Below, in pieces: positions 1 through 12,760 of a DNA stretch of 64,000 nucleotides. The translations under genes were made by a program, and so were the position numbers. Source of the DNA: Eledone cirrhosa (taxonomy: Eukaryota). Position 1 is the first letter of the stretch. Every line of letters starts with the position of its first letter. The stretch is taken from assembly GCA_964016885.1 (NCBI GenBank), contig OZ024746.1, forward strand, positions 91,884,001 through 91,948,000, read 5' to 3'. The notes beneath the pieces were generated by a model, which saw only the letters and a list, made by a program, of their open reading frames with translations, was not told the origin of the DNA and made no database searches.

Positions 1-1100
1 GTGAAAATGGTTTATATTCCTTGCTAATGTTTCATTTGCTTTCAACAGCAGCAAGTGCTAAACAGGTGAAATCTTCTAGAGTAAGTTTATATTCAGATGG
101 CAATGTCTACATATCAAATCTTTCATAGCATAGCTTGTTATTTTAACATTAAGGAAGCTTCTATGTAGTTACTCAATATGCTAGAAATAGCAGTGAAATC
201 CCCTTCAGATCATACACTGTTGTCTTAAAATAAAAGTACACATTAGATAACGTAGTTCTAGATCGATTGTTTCTAAATAGAAGATTTAGGGGCCTTGCCA
301 TTCCCTTCCTTTTTGTTTTTGTTTTTGAATATTTCCTTATTTTACATTCCATCCTCTTTTCTCAATCTAAATTTAAATTGTATTAATCAAGAATTTGGAA
401 GTTTTACTAATATAAATAGAAGATAAACTAGCCAAAGCTGGAATTCCTTCAATCATAGCTCTGCTCAATCAGAGCAAACTGGGAATCTTTAACTAAGGGG
501 CAGGGAAAGTTGTGTCCATGATCCTTTATTATATGCCTCAAAGACTGGTGAAAGGAAAATATTTTCAAAGCTGAGATTTGGCCTGAATGCTTGCAATAAA
601 GTGAACTCTGTTAAAGGACAAGATGGTAGTGTTAAAGCAACAGATTACATCTGCCACACGAGGACCCAGAACACAAGGAGCCAGAGGCGTAATTAGGGTA
701 TGGGAAGCATGGCATGTTCCACATGAAGGGGGAACTACTTGGACTAGGAGCATGTACCATGGGTGCCACATGAAGGGGAGCATATTTGGACTAGGAGCAT
801 ATTCTATTAAAGTCAAATAAGCTTCATCGGGGAGTAAAAACAGAAACTCCATCAGATGTATGGTCTGTCTCTATCATGGGTGAGAACACTATGGTGGCTG
901 GATCATTAACTTCAGTGCCATGGATGAGATAATTCGTCCTAACATTTAGACATTCCAGTGCCATGCACAAGATAACTCGTCCTGACATACTTGAACTCTT
1001 TTCCAACAGTTCATAACTTCAAAGCTAGAGGGAGTTACTAGTTTATTGATGTGACATGTGTCAATCATTTAGATATGTGTTGTTTAAAAAAATAGTCATG

Positions 1101-3820
1101 CACAGCAACTATAGCTGTGTAAAATATACACAGCAGTCAACACAGCAACTGTAGCTGTGTAAAATATACACAGCAGTCAACACAGCAACTGTAGCTGTGT
1201 AAAATATACACAGCAGTCAACACAGCAACTGTAGCTGTGTAAAATATACACAGCAGTCAACACAGCAACTGTAGCTGTGTAAAATATATGTGGTAGTCAA
1301 CACAGCAACTATAGCTGTGTAAAATATACACAGCAGTCAACACAGCAACTGTAGCTGTGTAAAATATACACAGCAGTCAACACAGCAACTATAGCTGTGT
1401 AAAATATACACAGCAGTCAACACAGCAACTGTAGCTGTGTAAAATATACACAGCAGTCAACACAGCAACTGTAGCTGTGTAAAATATACACAGCAGTCAA
1501 CACAGCAACTATAGCTGTGTAAAATATACACAGCAGTCAACACAGCAACTGTAGCTGTGTAAAATATATGTGGTAGTCAACACAGCAACTGTAGCTGTGT
1601 AAAATATATGTGGTAGTCAACACAGCAACTGTAGCTGTGTAAAATATACACAGCAGTCAACACAGCAACTGTAGCTGTGTAAAATATACACAGCAGTCAA
1701 CACAGCAACTGTAGCTGTGTAAAATATATACAGCAGTCAACACAGCAACTGTAGCTGTGTAAAATATATGTGGTAGTTAACACAGCAACTGTAGCTGTGT
1801 AAAATATATACAGCAGTCAACACAGCAACTGTACCTGTGTAAAATATATACAGCAGTCAACACAGCAACTGTAGCTGTGTAAAATATACTCAGCAGTCAA
1901 CACAGCAACTGTAGCTGTGTAAAATATATACAGCAGTCAACACAGCAACTGTAGCTGTGTAAAATATACACAGCAGTTAACACAGCAACTGTAGCTGTGT
2001 AAAATATGCACAGCAGTCAAAACAGCAACTGTAGCTGTGTAAAATATACACAGCAGTCAACACAGCAACTGTAGCTGTGTAAAATATATGTGGTAGTTAA
2101 CACAGCAACTGTAGCTGTGTAAAATATATGTGGCAGTTAACACAGCAACTGTAGCTGTGTAAAATATGCACAGCAGTCAAAACAGCAACTGTAGCTGTGT
2201 AAAATATACACAGCAGTCAACACAGCAACTGTAGCTGTGTAAAATATATGTGGTAATCAACACAGCAACTGTAGCTGTGTAAAATATATACAGCAGTCAA
2301 CACAGCAACTGTAGCTGTGTAAAATATATACAGCAGTCAACACAGCAACTATAGCTGTGTAAATATACACAGCAGTCAACACAGCAACTGTAGCTGTGTA
2401 AAATATATGTGGTATTCAACACAGCAACTGTAGCTGTGTAAAATATACACAGCAGTTAACACAGCAACTGTAGCTGTGTAAAATATACACAGCAGTCAAC
2501 ACAGCAGCTGTAGCTGTGTAAAATATATACAGCAGTCAACACAGCAACTGTAGCTGTGTAAAATATATGTGGTAGTTAACACAGCAACTGTAGCTGTGTA
2601 AAATATACACAGCAGTCAACACAGCAACTGTAGCTGTGTAAAATATATGTGGTAGTCAACACAGCAACTGTAGCTGTGTAAAATATACACAGCAGTCAAC
2701 ACAGCAACTGTAGCTGTGTAAAATATATGTGGCAGTCAACACAGCAACTGTAGCTGTGTAAAATATATACAGCAGTCAACACAGCAACTGTAGCTGTGTA
2801 AAATATATGTGGTAGTTAACACAGCAACTGTAGCTGTGTAAAATATACACAGCAGTCAACACAGCAACTGTAGCTGTGTAAAATATATACAGCAGTCAAC
2901 ACAGCAACTGTACCTGTGTAAAATATATACAGCAGTCAACACAGCAACTGTAGCTGTGTAAAATATATACAGCAGTCAACACAGCAACTGTAGCTGTGTA
3001 AAATATATACAGCAGTCAACACAGCAACTGTACCTGTGTAAAATATATACAGCAGTCAACACAGCAACTGTAGCTGTGTAAAATATATACAGCAGTCAAC
3101 ACAGCAACTGTAGCTGTGTAAAATATATACAGCAGTCAACACAGCAACTGTAGCTGTGTAAAATATACACAGCAGTCAACACAGCAACTGTAGCTGTGTA
3201 AAATATGCACAGCAGCCAACACAGCAACTGTAGCTGTGTAAAATACATGTGGCAGTCAACACAGCAACTGTAGCTGTGTAAAATATATACAGCAGTCAAC
3301 ACAGCAACTGTAGCTGTGTAAAATATATACAGCAGTCAACACAGCAACTGTAGCTGTGTAAAATATATACAGCAGTCAACACAGCAACTGTAGCTGTGTA
3401 AAATATATACAGCAGTCAACACAGCAACTGTAGCTGTGTAAAATATATACAGCAGTCAACACAGCAACTGTAGCTGTGTAAAATATATACAGCAGTCAAC
3501 ACAGCAACTGTAGCTGTGTAAAATATATACAGCAGTCAACACAGCAACTGTAGCTGTGTAAAATATATACAGCAGTCAACACAGCAACTGTAGCTGTGTA
3601 AAATATATACAGCAGTCAACACAGCAACTGTAGCTGTGTAAAATATATACAGCAGTCAACACAGCAACTGTAGCTGTGTAAAATATATACAGCAGTCAAC
3701 ACAGCAACTGTAGCTGTGTAAAATATACACAACAGTCAACACAGCAACTGTAGCTGTGTAAAATATACACAGCAGTCAACACAGCAACTGTAGCTGTGTA
3801 AAATACATGTGGCAGTTAAC
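1101..3820. repeat. 40-bp minisatellite, ~68 copies
   Basis: Unit cacagcaactgtagctgtgtaaaatata(c/t)acagcagtcaa repeated head-to-tail, with a recurrent variant ...tatatgtggtagtcaa. Confidence 0.97.
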
Positions 3821-4511
3821 AGGTTAAACCTTTCATATAAATTATTAGGCCTATAAGTAAAAATACAGTGCTGGGCAATTTCAGTGCTGTTTTCTTTAGT
3901 TATACCTCTGCAAGGAGCTGTATATGGGAATACTGTAGGACATCTCTTCCCATGCTCCATTTCTACCATTGCCCTCGACTGATACTTTATTTTATTAAAC
4001 CAGACAATTTGGAAGATAGAGTTCTCCTTGCTAGTATTTGAACTCAGGGAGCAGACAGCCAAACTAAATACCGCAACCACAAAGCACTTTATTCTATGCT
4101 TTAACAACTCTGTCAGGCAATTTGTACAGCTGACCTCCTCAGTAAAATTGGAATGACAGCAGCCTGTGTGAAGAAGGAGCCCTGCGAGGTGGGGGTGGTT
4201 GTTGCAGTGGATGTTGCTGGACATTGTCTGTGACAATGTCCATTTTATCGACAGGGCGCAGCTGAAACACCACTCTGATTTAGGTGTAGAGTCTGTCACC
4301 CTCTTCCCTTCTTCCTTTCTTTTGTTGCTTAATAATACTATTTGCACGAAATTCTAGTAAAAACAAAAACCACAATAAACAAATATGAAATCACCTGACG
4401 CCTCCTTGGTTTTACGGTACACTCCACCCCTGTTTTAAATTATTTATATTAAAATCTTTCATTAAAAATATGTTTATAGAGATATTTCTTAAGTTCTAAA
4501 CATTAGTTTGT

Positions 4512-4714
4512 GGTTTAGGCACAATGCCAACAATTTGGGGGAAGGAAAAGTCAATTAAATCAACCCAAGTACATTACTGGTACTTTATTTTATCAACCCC
4601 ATAAGGATGAAAGGCAAAGATAACCTCAGTGGGATTTAAACTCAGAGCGTAAACAGTTGTTACTATATTTTGCAAAGCACATTGTCCGGAGCTCTACCGA
4701 TTCTGCCAATCCAC
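4512..4714 (-). mobile_element. tRNA-derived SINE copy
   Basis: Contains the family core actggtactttattttatc.accc..taaggatgaaaggcaaag seen ~20 times in the window; A/B-box-like head on the minus strand. Confidence 0.85.
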
Positions 4715-4969
4715 CGTGCTAAACATTTGTTTAATAATAAAATGATCAATTATTTAATTAAATTCTTCCAAACTTTTGATGATTTTTTCCAAATTTATTG
4801 AAACACAATAGGTAGTATATTTTATTAGTAATATTGTAGAGCAAGGGTTAACTAGTCTTTTTTTATGGGAAGATGTTTTTGTAATTTGTTTTAATGTCAT
4901 GTCCTAAACTATTTATTTTGTGATCCACTGTTGGGACCAGCAGGAGAACTAAACAGTATTTTTCTATGG

Positions 4970-5460
4970 AAAGACTATAGCTTCTTATGGAAGGACAGTA
5001 GAAAGACTATAACTTCTTATGGAAGGACAGTAGAAAGACTATAGCTTCTTATGGAAGGACAGTAGAAAGACTATAACTTCTGATGGAAGGACAGTAGAAA
5101 GACTATAGCTTCTTATAGAAGGACAGTAGAAAGACTATAGCTTCTTATGGAAGGACAGTAGAAAGACTATAGCTTCTTATGGAAGGACAGTAGAAAGACT
5201 ATAGCTTCTTATGGAAGATCAGTAGAAAGAATATAGCTTCTTATGGAAGGACAGTAGAAAGACTATAGCTTCTTATGGAAGGACAGTAGAAAGACTATAG
5301 CTTCTTATAGAAGGACAGTAGAAAGACTATAGCTTTTTATGGAAGGACAGTTGCAAGACTATGGCTTCTTGTGGAAGGACAGTAGAAAGACAATAGTTTC
5401 TTATGGAAGGACTGTGGCTTCTTATGGGAGGACAGTAGAAAGACTTTAGCTTCTTATGGA
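4970..5460. repeat. 32-bp minisatellite, ~15 copies
   Basis: Unit aagactatagcttcttatggaaggacagtaga. Confidence 0.95.
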
Positions 5461-5527
5461 AAATGTAAATTATTACAGACAAGAAAATTTCCATAATGGT
5501 TCAAAGTTGACAGCTGGAATTTAATAA

Positions 5528-5711
5528 TTGTTTCAACTTTTGGCACAAGGCCAGCAATTATTCCAGTACATTACTGGTACTTTATTTTATCGACCCCGTA
5601 AGGATGAAAGGCAAAGTTAACCTCAACGGGATTTGAACTCAGACTGTAAAGGGCCGTAACTATGCTGCAAAGCATGGTGTCCGTCTCTCTACCGATACTG
5701 CCAATCCACCA
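5528..5711 (-). mobile_element. tRNA-derived SINE with target-site duplication
   Basis: Full SINE consensus flanked on both sides by tggaatttaataat. Confidence 0.9.
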
Positions 5712-5961
5712 ATGGAATTTAATAATGAAACCAGACCTGCTTCTGAATATGTGGTAATCATATAATGAATCATGGCTAAATGGTTAAGAAGTTTGCTACA
5801 CAATCATGAGGCTCTCGGTTTGATCCTACTCTAACCAATAAGCCACAAGTCTTCACAATACTCTAGTGTAGAAGAAAAATAAGAATTTATAAGCAATATC
5901 ACTGAGACAAAGTCAAGTTACATCGATAGCTCCTACATTTCAAAGTCTTAGAATAACATGA

Positions 5962-6120
5962 AAGGTGACGAATTGGCAGAATCGTTAGAATATTGGATAG
6001 ATTGGTTTACAGTTTTTGTGCTGGTTCTTTGTGCCCCGAGTTCAGATCCCACCGAGGTAAACTTTGCTTTTTATCCCTTTAATATCAATAAATAAAATAG
6101 CTATCAAGTACTGGGGTTGA
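5962..6120 (+). mobile_element. diverged tRNA-derived SINE
   Basis: aattggcagaatcgttag (A-box-like), gagttcagatccc (B-box-like), then degenerate core. Confidence 0.7.
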
Positions 6121-6485
6121 TTTTTCCTCTATACCACTTTCTCACTTCCTCTCTCTCCCTCTCTCACCCTCTCAATCTCTCTCTCTCTCACTCTCTCACT
6201 CTCTCCTCTTCTCCTGCACCTCCATCTCCCTCCTCTCTCTAGAAGACCTGTTCAGACCTGGAGAGTGATGGGCTCCACCAGGTTTAAATGTCAGTACGAC
6301 ACCCCTACAACTGAACCAGGAGTATATCTTCAGCAGTTAAACCAGTCGTATCTGGCCAGAATTCTCTCACCTCTTTTGGCCAAACCGGCCATAACCGGCC
6401 ACTCATACTGTTGTTAAATTATTGTTCTCAAAATAAATAATATTAAAATCTCATAGATATTATGAGATATGTGAGATATTATGTG

Positions 6486-6738
6486 AAAATACAATAGTAT
6501 ATATAGAGTAATGTAAATGTTATGTGAGATATTATGTGAGATAAAGCCTTTACTGTAAAAGTACAATAGTATATATAGAGTAATGTAAATGTTATGTGAG
6601 ATATTATGTGGAGTAAAGCCTTTACTGTAAAAATACAATAGTATATATAGAGTAATGTAAATGTTATGTGAGATATTATGTGGAGTAAAGCCTTTACTGT
6701 AAAAATACAATAGTATATATAGAGTAATGTAAATGTTA
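6486..6738. repeat. 72-bp tandem repeat, ~3.5 copies
   Basis: caatagtatatatagagtaatgtaaatgtt recurs at 72-bp spacing; explains the repetitive ORF 6414-6710. Confidence 0.9.
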
Positions 6739-7817
6739 AAGGGTTAAGGATGTAAAGGGAACATTGTTATGACTATATCTTGTGGTATAGCTACTTCATT
6801 GCTCCCCACCCCATAAAAAAATGTCTGACGTGAACTCATTCAAGAGGTGCACAGATCATTGAAGTGGATTAAACTATGTGATGGGTTCCCTGGGGGCACA
6901 AAGTCCTGCTGAAAACATTTTTCCTTCGATTTATATGAAATTTAAAATGAAGTTCTTGTCTGTTTGTTTGTTCACAAACTCCTCCTATGGTTTTGGAGAT
7001 AGACCCCCATAACCATATATATTCTGAAACTTCATTGCCCAGAGTACCTGGATAAGTATATTTCATTTTAATCAAAGGGTTCCCTGGGGGCACAAACCCC
7101 CACTGAAAACTTTTCCCCTTCGATTTATATGAAATTTAAGCCATAGGTAAATGACAAGATATGATGCCTATTCACCAAATTTCAGCAAATTTCAATAATA
7201 TTAAGACACCCTAATGGGGGTTAAACCCCCTATAGTGAAAATTTTGGAAGCCCAAATAAAATAATTCTTTACACAAAAATGAAATGATCAAGTTTTGAAT
7301 TGATATTTTGAAAAAATTATTTACAAGAAGCAAAATAAAAATAAGATTTAATAATGTAATTTTGATTTGATATATTACAAAAAATAATCTTTTCCAATTT
7401 TTCATGCATTACATTTTACCTTGAGTAATATTGAAATGTAGAGTTTTTCTCCATAAAAAATTATATCACTGATTTAAAATCAATCCTCATTTTCTTACAA
7501 AATAAATGTGTAAAATGCAACAAGGCTAGTAATTCAGCTAGTGTATACATATATATGCACATTAATTTACAAAAGTCACCGAATTTACTTCAGTGAGCTC
7601 CAGCCACTGATAACTCACCCAATGAACTAATAGGCTTGCAGGTGAGAAAATGTAAACTAATTGTCAGAATGTAGACAATAGTTAATCAATAAGATGGCAG
7701 AACTTGGTGTATCAAATTCCTGCATGGATCTGTTTCTGCTCAACATTCTGTGTATATATCATTATCATCATCATACAGACACACACACACACACATATAT
7801 ATATATACACACACACA

Positions 7818-7860
<43 letters not shown>

Positions 7861-7862
<2 letters not shown>

Positions 7863-8021
7863 CGAAGGAGTTGTGGTAAGGAACCAGATGGACCATAGAG
7901 TGGGTAATAGGAAAAAGTATGACCTCGACGGCAGAGCTCAAGCCGTTTCGACGGCTATTTCTGGACTCAGAAATAGCCATCGAAACGGCTTGAGCTCTGC
8001 CGTCGGGGTCATACATTTTCA
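7861..8021. mobile_element. fold-back PLE-type terminal fragment in (TA)n, carrying 3' halves of hammerheads
   Basis: Inverted repeat ~7911-8020; each arm reads GAAAcggcttgagctctgccGTC(g/a)gggtc; related copy in opposite orientation at 47640-47765. Confidence 0.65.
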
Positions 8022-8449
8022 TATATATATATATATATAGTTCAAGGACACAACAGAGGTATAAAAAGTCTTATTTGTTCACGCTTTATATGGAAAAGAG
8101 GAAAGAAAGTTTGACATGTCGGGTTTAAGCCCTTCTTCAGGAGTACAAATAGAGACAGGATCACAAAGCGGGGTGCAAGTTTATGTTTATTCTTTTGCTA
8201 TGTCCAGAAATTTAGCAGTTTGAAAATAGTGATTGATAAAATAAGTACTAGACTTGGAAAAATAATACTGGGGTCGACGTAATCCAGCAAATCACTTGAA
8301 GATTGTGCTCCAGCAGGGCCACGGTGAAGTGACTGAAACCTCTACAAGAATACGCGTAAAAAAATAACATCTAAAAGATAAAGATAATTCTGGTTGTGGG
8401 ATTTGATTTGGCTCTATTTATAAGTGAACATATTCTTTAGAAAACGGCA

Positions 8450-9810
8450 TTACTTGCTGGAGTTATCAAACAATTAAAGACATATAGTGCCAATTGTTTA
8501 CAATATTTCTGGTGATATACTCCTAGCCAAAATTTATATTATTTTATAACTTCGTTATTTCTCAAACACATTTTCTTGTATCCAATTTACCGCAGTAATT
8601 TTCCTATATTGCAGTTCAATTTCGTGTAAATTATTTTTGGCTAAAGTAATGTGAGGAAATCTTTAAATCCTTTCTCTTTTATTGTTTCATCTAATTCTAC
8701 GAAAGAATTAAGCAATGAAAGATTTTTGAATGCATTAGCTGTATCATATAATCTGAAGCCCAGTTAGTAGCTTCAATAATGAATTTATAGCATCATTTTT
8801 GACAGCAGCATCTTTCTTTTCTTCTTTTCTCGCATGCCAATTTCCTTTGCATCCAATTAGATTATTATCGACTTCTACTTTATTAGCTTTTTCAATGCCA
8901 TCGATATTATAAACATTTTAGGCAGAGTTTTTCTGAGTGTCTCTAAATCTTTACGCAGTTCATAAGGATCATTGTAAAAGCACTGAAACATTGCATTAAA
9001 ATATTCAAAATATTTTACTGTGGATGTAACAAACACTAGAATACAGCCAGTTAATTTTATCGTAGAACACTTCCTTCAATCTTCTGGTTTTGTATTTTGT
9101 ATCTCTTCAGCTAGAATTTTTAATATCTCAAGTTAACCTTTTAGCTTTTACCGTTTTTGTTGAATAATTAACCATAACTTTTTTCCCCAAACAAGACTCC
9201 TAGATTTAGAAACTGTCTGAAATGGTGAAAGTGCTTAATAATTATAATCTGGAATTAATGATTCAAATATAGATTTATATTCTGGCACTGTTCACTATTA
9301 GAAGAGCAGTGCGGAATCTCAGTTATCAGGAATCCAAGATTTGACGCTAAATATACAAAGCTAAATAATGGCCAACACTTTTCATGTCAGACAGTTTCTA
9401 AATCGAGATGCTTGACAATACCTACTTTATTCTGGTCTACAATATTCTGGTTTTACTTCCAACAATAGAGGCTGCAGCATCACTTGAAAGCTTTGTAAAT
9501 CTATATCATATTCATTTAACTTATTCAACAATATACCAAAAAGAGACTATGCTGTACCGCATGAAACAAGAATTAGATTTAAAAAGTGATTTTCAGGACA
9601 ACATTATCATGACTTCCATAGAAAACCATCACCATTATACACTTGCGATAATTGTTCCTTCACCAATAAAGACCATAAACATTTCCCCTGCATATATTCC
9701 TTCAAATCTGTCTCTACAACTGAACTCACCAGATTTCTAATTAATTGAAGATATTTACTTTGATGTAATTCCAAGCTACCCTTCCAATGGTCTTTTATAA
9801 CCCAGAAGCT
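8450..9810 (-). pseudogene. heavily decayed hAT-superfamily (ZNF862/ZMYM1-like) transposase remnant
   Basis: Broken minus-strand frames give TA*SLFGILLNKLNEYDIDLQ / SSDAAASIVGSKT / REKKKRKM, resembling the SDGASxMxG region of hAT transposases; many stops and frameshifts. Confidence 0.45.
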
Positions 9811-9826
9811 GTCCCTGTACTGATAT

Positions 9827-9903
<77 letters not shown>

Positions 9904-9937
9904 GTACAGCTATCTACTACTACTACTGTACAGATAT

Positions 9938-10004
<67 letters not shown>

Positions 10005-10012
10005 ACAGATAT

Positions 10013-10075
<63 letters not shown>

Positions 10076-10096
10076 TTACTACTGTACAGATATCTT

Positions 10097-10174
<78 letters not shown>
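9827..10174. repeat. (ACT)n microsatellite with periodic gtacagatatc interruptions
   Basis: Direct reading. Confidence 0.95.
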
Positions 10175-10176
<2 letters not shown>

Positions 10177-10608
10177 GTACTGAACCTAATTTGAACTTTT
10201 CTCATCATTTTATCAGATTCAGAAGTTTTATTCACCATAAATTATTTTGATTTAAATCAGTTGTATTAGATTTGAGCTTAGAAGACAAGTAATATTATAT
10301 AGGTACATAATGTTCTACATATATATAGCTGTAAAATGTATATATGGGTGTATGATATTGATGTATTATATGTCAGATATACATGTGTATATACATGTGT
10401 GCGTGTCTATATGTGTGTATATAAATAAGTGTATTTATAGTAACGGAAATGGCCAGTTACAACATGCTTATGTTTCTATGTATTAAAATGCTGAGATCTG
10501 AAAAACGGCCGATTAACTCACTCGATATGCAAATTAGGCTGCTCAGCCGTTAATACGCATAAGGAAAGTATATACTTTCAGACGTTCAATCATCTGGCAG
10601 GAAGGTAT

Positions 10609-10651
10609 ACGGTGCTGACGATAGCTAATAAGCTTGAAACTAGTACATCGT
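10609..10651 (+). ncRNA. type I hammerhead ribozyme motif
   Basis: acggtg-CTGACGA-t agct aata agct t-GAAA-ctag-TA-catcgt; stem I acggtg/catcgt; palindromic stem III actagt. Confidence 0.75.
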
Positions 10652-10852
10652 TCCTTTGTCAGTGTTGAACAAAAGGGCAACGATGGTTGCTAAACACTGT
10701 ACAGCTTAATCCGGGATGTTTGTTTACAAACAAACCGAACATTATAATAAATGTTCGGTAAATCCATACGTACATATATGTATGTATGCATGTATGTATA
10801 TATATACATACTACTGTACGTCTGTATACATATATGTATGTACGTATACATA

Positions 10853-10897
<45 letters not shown>

Positions 10898-11023
10898 TAC
10901 AAACAGCGGAGAAGTTGAAAATTAGATAGTGAAAATAGAGCTTCCACCGTATTTTTGACTGATTAAATTAGCCTAATAGTTGGAGTTATAAAAAAAAACC
11001 CAGAATGGAAAAAGGATGAACAT

Positions 11024-11096
11024 TGACGTACAGGGGACACGAACTCACATCTTTTGGCTATCATGACCACTGTGCTAACCATTACACCAATACGTC
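11024..11096 (-). pseudogene. tRNA-like pseudogene / Pol III cassette
   Basis: 73 nt; acceptor stem GACGTAT/GTACGTC, D stem GTGT/GCAC, A box TGGTGTAATGG, B-box-like GAGTTCGTGTCC, TTTTT ~10 nt downstream; T and anticodon stems are mismatched. Confidence 0.6.
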
Positions 11097-11204
11097 ACCC
11101 ATCTAATTTTCAAATTCTCCGTTGTAGATAACATACAAGATTATCTCTTTCGAAAACTCATTTACTTCCGAAATGGAAGCATGTCACATACAATTTTCAT
11201 TATT

Positions 11205-11390
11205 TAGTGAATTGGCAATATCAGTAGAGGGTCGGACATGCTTTCCAGCAGAGTTACGTCCCTTTACGGTCTGAGTTCAAATCCCGTTGAGGTTAACTTT
11301 GCCTTTCATCCTTACAGGGTCGATAAAATAAAGTACTAGTAATGCACTGGGTAATTGCTGGCCTTGAGCTAAAAAGTAGAAACAATTATT
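11205..11390 (+). mobile_element. tRNA-derived SINE
   Basis: Full consensus with gagttcaaatccc B box and ...gtagaaacaattatt tail. Confidence 0.9.
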
Positions 11391-11861
11391 TAAGTTGTTT
11401 ATATTTTTCATATTTCTTAGTAACTCGACAGAAAAATAGCTGCGTCTTTTTTAAAACTTCTATATTGTTTTATATCATTTTAAGTAGACATTATAAAATG
11501 TGATTCCATACATATTGGGTATAGAAGAGTAAAATATATCTCTTGTTTAAAAATACAACAAATATATTTACTACCCACCCCTTACTATATATACATATTT
11601 ATATACAAACATGGATTTCTGTTATTGAAGAGTTTTATTTACGTGTTGGGGTGGTGGGTTGGAACATTTAAAGATAAAAAAATCGATATCTAATGATAAA
11701 TGTAGGATTAAATATAAAATAAGTATGGAGTAACTCTAGCTCGAGGCAAAATTGAGATGAGGAAGAGAGATAAAGAGCAAAAGGTCATTGATAAGGTCAC
11801 ATATTGCGTGTTGAAAGAATTTTGAGAATTAGATAAATAGCAATTTGGTTGTTACCTGATT

Positions 11862-12300
11862 AATAATTGTTTTGGATACAAGGCCAGAAATTTTGGAAAG
11901 ATCCGGAAGTTGATTAAAGCCCCTTCAGTGTTTGACTAGACCTAATTGACCTCAAAAAGATGAAGGACAATATTGACTCCGGTGGGATTTGAACTCAGAA
12001 CGTAAACAGCCGAAATCAATTCCACAAAGCATTTTTTCCAAGTCTCTAACAATTCTGCCAATCTCTCAGTTACCAGAATAATAATGGTTTCTAATTTAGG
12101 CATAAGCCAACAATTTTTCGTGGTAGGGGAAAGTTGATTAAATCAACCCCAGTACGTTACTGGTATTTATTTTATCGACCCTGTAAGGATGAAAGGCAAA
12201 GCTAAACTCCATGGGATTTGAACTCAGAATGTAAAGCGTATTAACTCTATGCCACACAGCATATTGTCCGATGCTCTACCAATACTGCCAATCCACTCCC
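11862..12300 (-). mobile_element. two tandem tRNA-derived SINE copies
   Basis: Copies at ~11862-12066 and ~12082-12300, flanked and separated by gttacc(a/t)ga...aat. Confidence 0.85.
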
Positions 12301-12760
12301 CCCAGTTACCAGATCGATAATAAAACATAAATTGGAAGTGAAATCGACTTGTGCATGTGTTTTTCTTGGCAACATGACTCACCCAAACTCTAGCAATATG
12401 AATAATTAACATTGGAAGACAGGAATTAATGGTAAGAATGAATCAAGTCAACAACTGAACTTACAATATTAATGGTTTCTAATATAGGCACAAGGCCAGC
12501 AATTTGGGGGTAGGAGAAAGTCTATTAAATTGACCTCAGTGAATTACTGGTGCAAGACATAAATAAGTAAATTGATAGGTGGATAGATATATTGATACAC
12601 TGATTATTAACAATATCAATAGATATATACATGGTTCCTCTCTCATATATATATATGCGTCTACGTGTGAACGGACAGACATAATATAGAGCGGTTGATA
12701 CTATGTTGGTGCAATTGTAGCTAATCTAAAGTCTGTGCATGTGAAGTAATAGTTTTTATA

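Noticed and set aside
565-1006. Three short overlapping ORFs
   Set aside because: No motifs and no convincing splice context; contains only a small local duplication
1101-3820. CRISPR-like appearance of the 40-bp array
   Set aside because: No unique spacers, no cas genes, eukaryotic context; it is a plain tandem minisatellite
3736-4347. 203-aa minus-strand ORF
   Set aside because: Non-ATG start, runs into the minisatellite, no recognisable domain
9602-9748. YTCDNCSFT zinc-finger-like peptide on the plus strand
   Set aside because: His spacing is wrong, the frame is short, and it lies antisense to a probable transposase remnant
9787-10238. Poly-Thr mucin-like and poly-Val ORFs
   Set aside because: Translation of an (ACT)n microsatellite
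11024-11096. Functional tRNA gene
   Set aside because: Two mismatches in the T stem, one in the anticodon stem and no U33; kept only as tRNA-like
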